Positions 22,998 to 33,344 of a stretch of DNA of 64,000 bases are shown here, in pieces. The stretch's first letter is position 1, and each line of letters starts with the position of its first letter. Source of the stretch: an uncultured Pseudomonadota bacterium (lineage in GTDB: Bacteria; Oederibacteriota; Muellerivitia; Muellerivitales; Muellerivitaceae); NCBI GenBank assembly GCA_963770835.1, contig CAVYRH010000026.1, forward strand, positions 704,001 to 768,000, read 5' to 3'. The position numbers and the translations under genes are program-made. The notes beneath the pieces are model-generated. The model had not been told where the DNA came from, did no database searches, and was given only the letters and a program-made list of their open reading frames with translations.

Positions 22998-23025
22998 GTC
23001 TTGCCTTTCTTTTGGGGATTATGAC

Positions 23026-23466
23026 TTAAAGATATTTCAGAACTTCCTGGCTGTGACCCTCGGGATTGACTTGGGGGAATACTTTCTTGATTTTTCCTTC
23101 CTTGTCAATGATGGCCGTCACCCTGGCGCTGTTGCCCTTCTCCGGGCGGAAGGCGTCATAAGCCTTGGAGACCGTCCCGCCCATGTCGGAAAGAAGCGGG
23201 AAGTTCAGGTGGAACTTCTCGGTGAAGGCTTTGTGGCTATCTGTGTCGTCTACAGAAACTCCCAGAACGACCGCATCCTTGCCCGTGATTTGGGATATGT
23301 CATCCCGGAAGCTACAGGCTTCTTTGGTGCAACCCGGTGTGTCATCTTTGGGATAAAAATAAAGAACGACGTTCTTTTTCCCCTTGAATTGGGACAGCTG
23401 GACAGTGCTTCCGTCGGTGGCTTTCAGGCTGAAATCCGGCGCGGGACTGCCTTCTTGAAGCGGCAT
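23026..23466 (-). CDS. bcp: Peroxiredoxin, BCP/PrxQ type
   Basis: [20 protein letters not shown]. Confidence 0.93.
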   Translation of the reverse strand: MPLQEGSPAPDFSLKATDGSTVQLSQFKGKKNVVLYFYPKDDTPGCTKEACSFRDDISQITGKDAVVLGVSVDDTDSHKAFTEKFHLNFPLLSDMGGTVSKAYDAFRPEKGNSARVTAIIDKEGKIKKVFPQVNPEGHSQEVLKYL

Positions 23467-23553
23467 GGGACCCTCCTTGGATCGAAATGAGAGGGCATTG
23501 TAGTGCCGCCGTCCGGCGGACTCAAGACGGGGAAACCCGAAGTTGATCTACCA

Positions 23554-24456
23554 TCAGGCCTTGCGGGGCGCGTTTTTCTCGAGGAACTGGAGCAATTCGC
23601 CGGTCACCGTGCCCAGGCAAACCTCCTCCACGGGCCCACGCATGGTCAAATCAAAGTTTTCGCTGACCTTCAGGAAAAGGTCACCGCCGGGCATGTGGAT
23701 GGTCAGATCGCGGTCCGTTTTTCCAGTTTTGACGCATACCGCGGCCACGGCACAGGAGGAGGAGCCGGAAGCGAGGGTGTAACCCGCGCCGCGTTCCCAA
23801 ATCCGGATACTGACTTCCTTGCGATTGTCGACCACCACAAACTGCACGTTGGTGCGTTTTGGGAAAAGAGGATGGGTTTCGACCAAGGGGCCGAACTGGT
23901 GCGCGTAGCCCTCGGCTTGGTCGAGATCGTTCACGAAAATCACACAATGGGGATTTCCCATGGAAACGCAGTTGATATTGAAACCGTCTCCCTTGTTGTC
24001 CAGGGGGATCAGCTTATCGAGGACTTCCGAATCGGGGTTGGGGACATTGACGGGTATTTTCCCCGCCGTGAAGACCGCTTTACCCATCTCCACCGTGACA
24101 GCGGCAGCTTTTCCTACCACCAAATGCAGTTGGGCCTGAACCTTGCCCCCGGCGGTTTCAATCTCGAAAAAGGTCTTTTCGGTATAGCCATGTTCGAAAA
24201 GAAACTTGCAGAAAATGCGCAGGCCGTTGCCGCTTTTCTCCGCCTCGCTCCCGTCAGGGTTGTAAATCCGCAGGCGCGCGAGGGAGGAGTCTGATTTTTC
24301 CAGGGCCAGGATGCCGTCGGAACCCACCCCGGTGTTGCGGTTGCAGATGCGGATGATGTTTTGGGGCGTCAGTTCAAACGAAAGATGGGCGGGGTCCATC
24401 ACGATATAGTCGTTGCCTAGGCCGTGAGAACGCACAAACTGGTTTTTGGAAAGCAT
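23554..24456 (-). CDS. dapF: Diaminopimelate epimerase
   Basis: HGLGNDY, GVGSDG, NPDGSEAE, SMGNPH, ERGAGYT; both catalytic Cys positions read Ser (KSGNG, ASGSS). Confidence 0.85.
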   Translation of the reverse strand: MLSKNQFVRSHGLGNDYIVMDPAHLSFELTPQNIIRICNRNTGVGSDGILALEKSDSSLARLRIYNPDGSEAEKSGNGLRIFCKFLFEHGYTEKTFFEIETAGGKVQAQLHLVVGKAAAVTVEMGKAVFTAGKIPVNVPNPDSEVLDKLIPLDNKGDGFNINCVSMGNPHCVIFVNDLDQAEGYAHQFGPLVETHPLFPKRTNVQFVVVDNRKEVSIRIWERGAGYTLASGSSSCAVAAVCVKTGKTDRDLTIHMPGGDLFLKVSENFDLTMRGPVEEVCLGTVTGELLQFLEKNAPRKA

Positions 24457-24641
24457 GGGAATCCTTTAATTTATGAAAAGGAACAGAGTGAGTGGAAGAT
24501 TTTCCACGATGTCCTTCGCAACGCGCAAAGTATAAAGTATCATTAAAACACTGAAAAGAAGAATCCTTCCAGCTTCCGCTGAAAGGGCGTGCCGGTTTCC
24601 CCGGGACTGAAACGACAACCATTTCCGAACCAAGGAAGAAG

Positions 24642-25304
24642 ATGGATTCCAAGTCCGTTTTTTTAGCCGGAGTTTCCCAGCAGGAAAGGGGTGACCGTGC
24701 CCTGGTGAAGGAACACCTTCGCCGTTACCTATCCTTCTTTAAGGGAAAAGCCGATGTGGTGGACTTGGGCTGTGGAAGTGGCGAGTTTCTGGAGCTCCTT
24801 AAAGAAGAAAAGATCAAAGCCTTGGGCGTTGAGGATAATCCGGTTTTTGTCGCTGAGGCCAAGAAGCGCGGCTTAGCGGTCAAGAAAGCCAAGCTTCAAT
24901 CCTTCCTGAAGACCCGCAAGGCCGGCAGCGTGGGGGGGGTTTTCATCAGCCATGTGGTGGAACACCTTCCGCCTGCCGACATGATGGAAGCTTTAACCCG
25001 CATCCAAAAGGCCCTCCAGCCGGGCGGTGTTCTCGTTCTAATCACCCCGAACCCGCTATCGCTGGGTGTCATGACCCACTCTTTTTGGAGGGACCCCACC
25101 CATGTGCGGCCTTATCCCCTGGATTTTCTGGTCCAATTGTTGGAATCCATGGGTTTCCAAATCCTGGCCAAGGGGGAAACCTGCCTGGGCGTCGCCCCGT
25201 CCCTGCTGCGCAACGGGGTGAGGGCGGTCCGAAAACTTCTGGTTGGGGATTATTTCCACGACCCGGATATTTACCTGGCGGCCCAAAAATATCCAAAACC
25301 CTGA
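24642..25304 (+). CDS. Class I SAM-dependent methyltransferase
   Basis: VDLGCGSGEF, SHVVEHL, FWRDPTHVRP. Confidence 0.88.
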   Translation: MDSKSVFLAGVSQQERGDRALVKEHLRRYLSFFKGKADVVDLGCGSGEFLELLKEEKIKALGVEDNPVFVAEAKKRGLAVKKAKLQSFLKTRKAGSVGGVFISHVVEHLPPADMMEALTRIQKALQPGGVLVLITPNPLSLGVMTHSFWRDPTHVRPYPLDFLVQLLESMGFQILAKGETCLGVAPSLLRNGVRAVRKLLVGDYFHDPDIYLAAQKYPKP

Positions 25305-25330
25305 CGAAAAAACCCGCAAAGCTTCCGATG

Positions 25331-28294
25331 TCAGCCCTTCACGCAAAAGAGATTGGTATAAGCGCGGTTTTCCGGGGTGCAACGCCTCAGGATGTCGGCG
25401 GGCCGGGCGGGCTTAACGGTTTTATCTTTTTCCGAAACTTCCCAAAGCTTGAACCCCAGCTTCTTGAGGGACTGTAGGTAGCCTGAGGGGGAAAAACCGG
25501 CCCGGTCCAAACCATAGGGCCAGAACTCGGTAACGAGCTTTAAGCGGGGGTTCCGGCGCATCAAACGCCGAAAGCCCTCCAGGACCCCGGCCTCGGTACC
25601 CTGGATATCCATCTTGATCAAGTCGATTTTCTCATTCCCTTTTTTGAACCAGTCGTCCAAAGCGACCGTCTGGACTTCCACAGATTTCCGGCCTTCTTTG
25701 GAATCGAAAAGTTGGTGGTCCCCCGGATTGCTTTCGCTCAGGAAAAGCCGCTGTACCCGGCTTTTGGAGGAAACGGCACGGGGAACGACCACCACGTTGG
25801 AATAGCCGTTCTGCCGCACGTTTCTCACCAGCAACGAAAAATTGGACTGATCGGGCTCAAAGGCGTAGACCTTTCCCTTGGGCCCCACCAGGCGAGCGGC
25901 CAAGAGGGTGTAATAACCGATGTTGGCCCCCACATCGACGAAGGTCTGGCCCGGTTTGAGGGTTCTCTTCAAAAGTTCCGTTTCCACCGGCTCATAAATC
26001 CCATGAACGGCCAGTTCCAGGGCGTCCTTGTCGTCCAGCCACATGCGGTGACCCTGCACCATGACCGAACGGGGCTTGAAGAGCTTGAAGATGAATTCGT
26101 AAGCCCAACGCAGGGGTTTGATACGGCCCAAGCCATGGCCGCCGATGGCGTAATAAATTTTTTGGAGGAGGGAAAAAAGGTTCTTGCGCAGAATCCCCAG
26201 GAAAGCTATCAGGGTGACGAAACACCAAAGAGCCAAACCTATTCGGATAGGTGTCCACCAAGCAGGCTCAAACTTGAATTCAATTTCATGGTGGCCTACC
26301 GTCAAGTTCAGCGTTCGCAAGAGGTGGTCGAATGTGGAAAGGACAGCGGGCTGCCCGTCCACCCGGGCTTTCCAGCCCGGATACATGGTTTCGGTAAAAG
26401 CCACCGCACCGGGTTTGGCCAGATCCACCAAGAAAATTTGATGGTCGGGTTCATTCTTCTCCAACTTGCATTGAAGAGGAGGGGGCCCAAAAGCCAAGGC
26501 GGGGGTTTCCAGCCGTTGGTAAAGCAGGTAAGGGGGGAAAGCTTCCAGTTTGAAACCCGTCATAGGGCCATGGTCTTTCTGGGTCAAGACTCCCCCGACG
26601 GCACCAAATTGCATTGCAATCGGTGAGGGGGCAGTACCAAGGTCCTTCTTGGCCTGCAGGACTAAGGGGTTATAACCGCCGAAATTCCTGATTGCCAAGG
26701 CGCAGGCGGCGTTTTGGGGGTAGTTCAAGGCGTATTTCTTTCCGCCCACCTCGATGGGGTAATACATCTCATCGCTCAGGAAGATTAGACGGCCTGGCTT
26801 GACCGAATCGGCCGCCGCCAAAACGGCCTTGGATTTTTCTTTGAAATCAAAATTATAGGAAGGGCCGGGGACAAAGTCTGCCCAGCCGTTCAACAGTAGG
26901 GGAAGGAAAAGCGACGCCAGAACCAAAGCCTTTCCGAAGATCTTTTGTTTTGAAAGTGAATAGAGTCCGAAGCCTATGAATCCCAATCCGAGGGCCAGGA
27001 TTTCACGCCAGTTTTGGCCGGGCCTCCACAGACAGACCAGGTATAAACCAAAAGCATAAATCAAAGGCGACTTCCAATTGAAAGCCATCTTGGAATTGCG
27101 TGGGGAAGCCTGAAATATGAAATCCCAGCCCAAGGCCGCAAGGACCGCGGTGGCTAAAACATAAAGGTAAAGAAAGCGGTAGGGAACCCTCATGAGGGAA
27201 AGACCAGGCAGAAGGCTTGAAATAAGGGAATGGAGCGGCGTGTAACGGCCGAAACAGAAGACCAGGATTACGGCGGCGAAGGTGGAGAGATAGACCGGCA
27301 AAGACTTATCCCTGGCCCGCCAAGCCCCCCAAACCAGAAAGGGAAGCCAGATACTCAGGTAACCCCAGTCAGCGGCCAATGGGAATTCCGGTTGGTCTTT
27401 GTCCGATTGCAGGGCAACGGCCATGTCCTGCCCTTCTTTCAGAGTGAAACGGGGAAAGAAGAACTGGCCGAGGGTCGCCGGATTTAAGGACAACTGCGAA
27501 TTGATTTTCTCTGATTGGGCATCTGGACTGTGCCGGTCACTCAAGTTGGCGAATTCCATGGTTGGGATCAATTGACCCAGAAGGGGCAAGGCGCCCCATA
27601 AAAGGAATAAGGCCGTAACCAGCAAGCTGCGAAGGGGCAAACGGGCTCCGCTCTTGAAGAACCTAAAAATAAAATAAGCCAGTCCCCCGTAAAAAGCCCC
27701 CACGGTCACCTGGAAACTTCCACAAAGGAAAAGCATGGCGAAGCAAAACCCGCCAAGAAAAGCGTTCAAGGGCTTGGGGTCCTTGGCCAAACGCTCCAAC
27801 CGGTAAAAAAGCCAAGGCAGCCAGGCGAAGGCCGCCAGCACCGGCGGATGAATGATCTCCAGCCAGAAAAAATTGGAAAGGGCGAACAACAGCGCACCGA
27901 CCCGACAGGCGTTTTCCGACAAGCCGAGGGATTTCAGCCAAAGATGCATCCCCAAGGCTGCCAGGAACATGTGTAGGAAAAAGAAGGCGCTTAAGCCCAT
28001 GGGCACCGAAAAAGGAAGGGTTAGGTAGTTCAAGGGGTAGAGCATCATGTTCTGGAGGTCGGCGAAAAAGGGCTGGCCGCCCAGCAAGTAGGGGTTCCAA
28101 AGGGGAAAATGGCCTTGGGCCAATTGGTCTTTCAAGAAGGCGCGCCAGGGGCCGAATTGGGCTAGGAGGTCGTTATCGAAATAGGCCTGGCCTAAAAAGA
28201 GGCAGGGAAAAAAGGCGACGGCGGCCACCAGCAAATAAAGCCCAGCCGAAAGGCCCGTGCCCCCGGTGGGGGCCTCAATCTTGGGCTGTTTCAA
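25331..28294 (-). CDS. Fusion of a YfhO-family GT-C glycosyltransferase and a C-terminal FkbM-family methyltransferase
   Basis: GHFPLWNPYLLGGQPFFAD...ETMYPGWKARVDG (YfhO); then FVDVGANIGYY, AFEP, KMDIQGTE (FkbM). Confidence 0.85.
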   Translation of the reverse strand: MKQPKIEAPTGGTGLSAGLYLLVAAVAFFPCLFLGQAYFDNDLLAQFGPWRAFLKDQLAQGHFPLWNPYLLGGQPFFADLQNMMLYPLNYLTLPFSVPMGLSAFFFLHMFLAALGMHLWLKSLGLSENACRVGALLFALSNFFWLEIIHPPVLAAFAWLPWLFYRLERLAKDPKPLNAFLGGFCFAMLFLCGSFQVTVGAFYGGLAYFIFRFFKSGARLPLRSLLVTALFLLWGALPLLGQLIPTMEFANLSDRHSPDAQSEKINSQLSLNPATLGQFFFPRFTLKEGQDMAVALQSDKDQPEFPLAADWGYLSIWLPFLVWGAWRARDKSLPVYLSTFAAVILVFCFGRYTPLHSLISSLLPGLSLMRVPYRFLYLYVLATAVLAALGWDFIFQASPRNSKMAFNWKSPLIYAFGLYLVCLWRPGQNWREILALGLGFIGFGLYSLSKQKIFGKALVLASLFLPLLLNGWADFVPGPSYNFDFKEKSKAVLAAADSVKPGRLIFLSDEMYYPIEVGGKKYALNYPQNAACALAIRNFGGYNPLVLQAKKDLGTAPSPIAMQFGAVGGVLTQKDHGPMTGFKLEAFPPYLLYQRLETPALAFGPPPLQCKLEKNEPDHQIFLVDLAKPGAVAFTETMYPGWKARVDGQPAVLSTFDHLLRTLNLTVGHHEIEFKFEPAWWTPIRIGLALWCFVTLIAFLGILRKNLFSLLQKIYYAIGGHGLGRIKPLRWAYEFIFKLFKPRSVMVQGHRMWLDDKDALELAVHGIYEPVETELLKRTLKPGQTFVDVGANIGYYTLLAARLVGPKGKVYAFEPDQSNFSLLVRNVRQNGYSNVVVVPRAVSSKSRVQRLFLSESNPGDHQLFDSKEGRKSVEVQTVALDDWFKKGNEKIDLIKMDIQGTEAGVLEGFRRLMRRNPRLKLVTEFWPYGLDRAGFSPSGYLQSLKKLGFKLWEVSEKDKTVKPARPADILRRCTPENRAYTNLFCVKG

Positions 28295-30563
28295 CCTTGG
28301 CCTTTCCCTTTTGCTTCCATAAGTAACCTCCGAAAGCGATCGCGGATAAAAACCAGAGGATACCGGCGATTAATAAAGGTTTCGCCCAGGAAGGCTTGTA
28401 GGAAAATTCCACCTGGTGATCGCCCGCAGGCACGAAAACCGCGCGGAAGACGTGGTTAGCGGTGAGAAGGGGAATGGGCTGGCCGTTCAAGAGCGCTTTC
28501 CAGCCGGGGTAGGCGACCTCCGAGAAAGTGACCAGGCTGTTTTTGTCCAATTGCACCTTGAAGGCCTGGTAATCCGGTTCGTCCCGGGTGAGATCAAATT
28601 GTAGTTGGGCCTTTTGTCCGCCCAATTGGGAAGTGATGGAGGAAGGCAGGGATTCGGAAAGGACGGCCTGTTCGCGAGGATTGAAGGCCAAACTCCCCAA
28701 GGCCGCAAGCCTTTCGGTATCCCCTGGAATGACGGTGACTTGGGAGGGCGCATTCACGTAGGAGGGGGGATCGGCCGTTTCGTAAAGATAAACATTCCCG
28801 AAGGCCCGGCGGGTGAAGCCCTTCAAGTCCCCATGGTCTTGGCCGAAGAGCAGTCCCCGGATGGCCATTAAAGGCAGATAAGTGTTCATCGGAAGTTTTT
28901 CGATCTCCGAGGTGTTTTTCAATACGATCGGGTTGTAACCGTCGCTCATGCGAACCCCGAAATCCTGGGGCGAGTCCACGGGAAAGGACCAAAGGTAATT
29001 CCGCCCTTCCTTTTCGATGGGATAAGACAGGCCCATATCAAAGTAGTAGCGGCAAGCCTTGGAATTCTCCTTTAAATATGTAAAAACTGGGAAATGGCTT
29101 TCGATGTCGTAATTGGAAGCGGGTCCCCAGCCATACCCGCCCCAACCGCTCAAGAAAAGTGGCAGGATCATGGCGGCCTGGAATGTCCAGCGGCCTATGG
29201 GTTTCCAGGATTGGGTGAATCCCCACAAGGCCAGCCCGATGGAGCCCGCCAGGAGGGCGATCATTTCCCGCCAGGACTGGTCCGGGTTCAAGATGGAGAA
29301 TAAAAGAAAGAGGCCTCCATAGACGACGCCGGCCACCGGAAGCCAGCCCGCCCGGCCTTTCTCATCCAGTACCCTTTCGAGGGCCTGGTAACCGAAGGCG
29401 GCGAGGATAGCGGCGCAGGCCACGTAGACGGCGACGTAGCGGAAGGGCGCCCGGCTCAACTTGATGGTAGGCAAGATGTCGCAGAGGATCCGGTGGAGGG
29501 GAAAGTATTTCCCGAAGGCGGTCAATAGGGCCAGGGCTCCCAGGCCCGAAAGCAAGTAAAGCAAAGCCTTGTCCTTGCGGCGGAAAGCCAGGGGAATAAG
29601 GAACGGCACCCAGATGCCCAGGTACCCGAAGACGCCCACGAAAGCGTTATCCACGCTGGTGGGCCTAAGGCACCTCTCGATAGTTTCCCCGGCAGGAACT
29701 CCCAGGGTCGGGAAAAAGAACTGGTAAAGGCTTTGGGGATTCATGGAGAACTGGGAATTGAAATTGTCGTAGCCCAGGCTTTCCTCGGTCCGGTTAGAAA
29801 GCCGGGAAAACTCGAAGGTCGGATAAAGTTGCAAGAGGAGAGGGAGGGCCCCCCAGATCCCGAACAAAAGGACCCAGGTCCATTTCTTCCAAGATGGCCG
29901 GTCCGTTTTTTCCTCCGGTGAAACCGTCTTGGGCAGGAAGAGCCGGCCCACAAAGTAAAAGAACCCCGTGTAATAAAAACAACTGGTCATTTGAAAATTG
30001 CCGCAGGTGAAAAGGATGGCCGCCACCAGCCCCGCAGGGAAGGCCCTCCGGGGGGAAAGGTCCTGGCTCAACTTTTCCAGGGCCCACATCCAAACCGGGA
30101 ACCAGGCGAAGGCCGCCAGGATGGGCGGATGGATCAATTCCCACCAGAAACAACCGGACAGGGCGTAGGCAATAGCCAAGAGGCGGCAAGCCCCCTCGGA
30201 CAGGCGCAAGGACTTCAACCAGCCGTGCATCCCGGCGGTAGCCAGGACCATGTGTAGGAAATAAAAGACCGCGAAACCGTAGGGGATGGAAAACAACAAG
30301 GTGGGGTAATTCAAGGGATAGGACATCATGCTATTGGGGTCGGCGAAGAAAGGCTCTCCGCCGAAGTAATAGGGGTTCCATAGAGGGAAGTGGCCCAGGG
30401 CCAGCTGGGCCTTCAGCAGGAAACGCGCGTGGGCGTAATAGGCTAAAAGGTCGTCGGCGAAATAGGCCTGCCCCAGCGCCAAGCAGTGGAAAAAGGCGAT
30501 GAAAGCCACGGCAGTGAAGATGAACCAATGGGCCTTGGCTTTCAGGAATTCCGGCCAGTTCAA
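28275..30563 (-). CDS. YfhO-family membrane glycosyltransferase
   Basis: GHFPLWNPYYFGGEPFFAD, GYNP, SEVAYPGWKA...FRAVFVPAGDHQVEF; paralog of the adjacent fusion. Confidence 0.85.
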   Translation of the reverse strand: MNWPEFLKAKAHWFIFTAVAFIAFFHCLALGQAYFADDLLAYYAHARFLLKAQLALGHFPLWNPYYFGGEPFFADPNSMMSYPLNYPTLLFSIPYGFAVFYFLHMVLATAGMHGWLKSLRLSEGACRLLAIAYALSGCFWWELIHPPILAAFAWFPVWMWALEKLSQDLSPRRAFPAGLVAAILFTCGNFQMTSCFYYTGFFYFVGRLFLPKTVSPEEKTDRPSWKKWTWVLLFGIWGALPLLLQLYPTFEFSRLSNRTEESLGYDNFNSQFSMNPQSLYQFFFPTLGVPAGETIERCLRPTSVDNAFVGVFGYLGIWVPFLIPLAFRRKDKALLYLLSGLGALALLTAFGKYFPLHRILCDILPTIKLSRAPFRYVAVYVACAAILAAFGYQALERVLDEKGRAGWLPVAGVVYGGLFLLFSILNPDQSWREMIALLAGSIGLALWGFTQSWKPIGRWTFQAAMILPLFLSGWGGYGWGPASNYDIESHFPVFTYLKENSKACRYYFDMGLSYPIEKEGRNYLWSFPVDSPQDFGVRMSDGYNPIVLKNTSEIEKLPMNTYLPLMAIRGLLFGQDHGDLKGFTRRAFGNVYLYETADPPSYVNAPSQVTVIPGDTERLAALGSLAFNPREQAVLSESLPSSITSQLGGQKAQLQFDLTRDEPDYQAFKVQLDKNSLVTFSEVAYPGWKALLNGQPIPLLTANHVFRAVFVPAGDHQVEFSYKPSWAKPLLIAGILWFLSAIAFGGYLWKQKGKAKVETAQD

Positions 30564-31594
30564 GAGCGCCTCCCCAGGCGGACTTCCACGAAGCGGAATT
30601 TGGCGCCCTTTGGCACCGCCTTGTAAAGGCGGATGGCGCCGTTCTCCCTTTTCGGGATGGGGGTCGAGAGCCCGGCCAAAAGGCCCAAGCCGTAAAAAAC
30701 CTGCCTTAAGAAAATAAGAAGAGGAACGCCCAGAATATCCAGGAGGTTACGGTGCCAGGAAATGACCGAAACCCCGGTGCCTACCGAAAGGGCGAGGAAA
30801 AGCCAGAAGGGGAAGCGCCAGTAAGGCGAGGTCAGGAAGACGGCGGCCCAGGAAGGGATGAGGGGCGGCACCAGGGAAACCAAAAGGGAAAGAACGTAGA
30901 ATAGGAAAAAGGCCGGGATCAAATGGACCAGGTCGGAGAGGCAGGGGTAAACCTTCATCTGTTGGGCCCGGCCCCGTCCGTAACGGAAAGCCTGGTGGCA
31001 GAAGTCCTTGAGTGTCTTGCGGCGGTGGCGGAAGACCGCGGCCCCGGGGTCGTAGACCAGACGGTACTGGGAATGCAGCAGGCGGTTCAAGAACTCGTTC
31101 TCTTCGTTGGGGTAGAGGTCCTTGCGGAAACCGCCTTCCTTCATAAAGGTTTTACGGCGCACCATCATGTTGCAGAGGATGAGGTCCTTCTCCGTGGCTT
31201 CCTTCACCGACCCGATGGCCGCGTAGCGGTTGCGCACACTGAAGCTACCCATCCAGGAGGCCAGCACCCCGCTGACGGTCTTTTCAAAGGGCGCGGCGTC
31301 GGGCGGGCAAAGGTTGGGCCCTCCGGCCACGGCCGTACGGTCCTCGGCGAAGTGGGAAACCAGGTTCCGGGGGGTACCGGGGACGACCTCGCTGTCGTCG
31401 TCCAGGAAGTACACCAGGGGATTTCGGCTCTTTTTCACGCCGATATTGCGTTGTTGGGAAGGATTGCGGCCCACGCTGACCAATATTTCGCCGGGCCGGT
31501 CCTCGGCAGAAAGCCGCGCCAAGGCTTCCAGGCTCCGGATTTGCTTGTCGATCCGGTCCGAGGCGATGACTGCGGTATAGGATGGGCGGGTCAT
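30560..31594 (-). CDS. GT2-family glycosyltransferase with C-terminal TM helices
   Basis: QRNIGV, FLDDD (DxD), GGP, NEENE, YGRGR; start set at ATG 31594 (ATGA overlap). Confidence 0.85.
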   Translation of the reverse strand: MTRPSYTAVIASDRIDKQIRSLEALARLSAEDRPGEILVSVGRNPSQQRNIGVKKSRNPLVYFLDDDSEVVPGTPRNLVSHFAEDRTAVAGGPNLCPPDAAPFEKTVSGVLASWMGSFSVRNRYAAIGSVKEATEKDLILCNMMVRRKTFMKEGGFRKDLYPNEENEFLNRLLHSQYRLVYDPGAAVFRHRRKTLKDFCHQAFRYGRGRAQQMKVYPCLSDLVHLIPAFFLFYVLSLLVSLVPPLIPSWAAVFLTSPYWRFPFWLFLALSVGTGVSVISWHRNLLDILGVPLLIFLRQVFYGLGLLAGLSTPIPKRENGAIRLYKAVPKGAKFRFVEVRLGRRS

Positions 31595-32553
31595 GATTTC
31601 CTCGGTAGGGCCGAGCTCAGCCGTACCGCCGACGGAATCCCAATGAGGGCGGCGGTCACGGGACCGGTCAGCCACCAGAGTAAAGAAAGGGAAACCAGCG
31701 AGGAGCTGGCCACCAAACCGGAGTAAAAGAAAATCATGCTTCCTTCCCGAAGCCCGAATCCCATGATCGATATGGGCAGGAATTCTATCACAATGATGAC
31801 GGGTAAGAACAACGCCAGGGGCCCGAAGGGCAGGGGAATCCCCAGGGCCAGCACGCAGAAATAGGCCCGGATCACGACGACGCCCCAGGCCAGGATAGAA
31901 AACAGGAAGGGCAGGGCCACCCTTTCGGAGGGGTTAAAAAGATCCTGGAGCTTCGCGTAAAACTCCCCCCCGTGGGTCGAAAGCTGGGCGGCCAGTTTTT
32001 TGGGGGCCAGGCTCATCAAGCCGGGTTTGACGATGGAGCGCATCCAGCCGGGATGGAGGAAAAGGGCCATGAGGAAAACACCCAGCATGATCCCCAGTAG
32101 GATGGCTGTCGCGGGGCCCTGCTTGCCGGTGTTGGTCATCAGGTCCAGGACCCCCACGCAGGCCAAAAGACCCAGGGACAGCAGGTCGTAAACCTTGTCC
32201 GCCACGTGGACGGAAAGTGCCGAGGGAAGGGAAAGCTTGGCCCAGCGGCTTAAGCCCAGGACCCGGACGATATCGCCCAGTTTGGAGGGGGTCAAGGTGG
32301 AAAGGGGCTGGCCTGAGAGGTAGACATCGGCTGCATCCCGGAAGGAAAGGCGGGAATCCAGCCGATTAACCAAGACCTGGAACCGCAAGGCCTTGAAGGC
32401 GGCTTCCGGCAGGATAAACAGGAAAGCGGCCGCCAGCCATCCCCATTTGACTCCCGCCAGGACATCCAAAGCGGCGTGGATATCGATCTTGCGGAGGATC
32501 AGTATGTAGAGGATCAATCCCAGCAGGACAGCCAGCGGTTTTAGCCGTTTCAT
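31591..32553 (-). CDS. Lysylphosphatidylglycerol-synthase-TM-like flippase domain protein
   Basis: TPSKLGDIVR, DKVYDL, PISIMGFGLREG; multiple TM helices. Confidence 0.8.
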   Translation of the reverse strand: MKRLKPLAVLLGLILYILILRKIDIHAALDVLAGVKWGWLAAAFLFILPEAAFKALRFQVLVNRLDSRLSFRDAADVYLSGQPLSTLTPSKLGDIVRVLGLSRWAKLSLPSALSVHVADKVYDLLSLGLLACVGVLDLMTNTGKQGPATAILLGIMLGVFLMALFLHPGWMRSIVKPGLMSLAPKKLAAQLSTHGGEFYAKLQDLFNPSERVALPFLFSILAWGVVVIRAYFCVLALGIPLPFGPLALFLPVIIVIEFLPISIMGFGLREGSMIFFYSGLVASSSLVSLSLLWWLTGPVTAALIGIPSAVRLSSALPRKS

Positions 32554-32569
32554 GAGAGACTTGGTCCTT

Positions 32570-33172
32570 TTAACTCTTTTTTTGGGCGATCAGGAACACG
32601 GCGATACGGAAGAGGCCGAAGAAACTCATGACCTTCCGGATCAGGTTGGTCAGCCCGCCTTGGGGAATGTTGTAAAGCTCCGGCATGAAAAACATGATAG
32701 GCTCGTCCGTTTCCAAACAGGCCACGGAAAACTCCTTGAACAGTTCGGCGAAGCTGGCCTTGCTGTGGGGCCGCAAGTGGGTGGGGTCGTCCCAGAAATT
32801 GGTGCCGATGGGAAGGAAGCTGCAAACCCAGTGGGGGGCCTCCACGAAAACCAGGCCGCCTTTTTTCAGCACCCGGCGAAGCTCCGCCACGGCCCGGCGG
32901 GGGTCGGGCAGGTGCTCAATCAGGTGGAAACAGACGATGGCGTCGAAGCTGCCATCCTTGAACTTGAGGTGGTTCACGTCCCCTGGGACGAAGGCGACCC
33001 CCTTGGGGACCTGCTTCTTAAAGGAGGGATCGATGTCCAAACCGGTCATCTTCAAATCCGGGCGCAGGGAAAGGGCGTAGCGGGAATTGTGGCCCGTGCC
33101 GCAGCCGGCGTCGAGGACCTTGGCCTTGGGCGGAAGGGAACGGAGGTGTTTTTCAAACAGGGCCTTGTTCAT
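32570..33172 (-). CDS. Class I SAM-dependent methyltransferase (type 11-like)
   Basis: VLDAGCGTG, FKDGSFDAI, HLIEHL, FWDDPTHLRP. Confidence 0.88.
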   Translation of the reverse strand: MNKALFEKHLRSLPPKAKVLDAGCGTGHNSRYALSLRPDLKMTGLDIDPSFKKQVPKGVAFVPGDVNHLKFKDGSFDAIVCFHLIEHLPDPRRAVAELRRVLKKGGLVFVEAPHWVCSFLPIGTNFWDDPTHLRPHSKASFAELFKEFSVACLETDEPIMFFMPELYNIPQGGLTNLIRKVMSFFGLFRIAVFLIAQKKS

Positions 33173-33344
33173 ACCGCCTGTGAGGATAGCAAAAACAGGG
33201 GTTTTGTTCAGCTTTTTGATCGACAGGCGGCCCCTGAAATGACGGGGGTTAAACGCCGAAAATGTTAAATCTGGATCGGCCCTTTGAATTTAGGGGCCCC
33301 CTTTTGCCAGAATGCTTTCGGCTTTAAAACGAAGGAGGCGGGTT

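Noticed and set aside
21397..23024. Long plus-strand ORFs opposite ilvD
   Set aside because: Antisense shadows typical of high-GC3 genes
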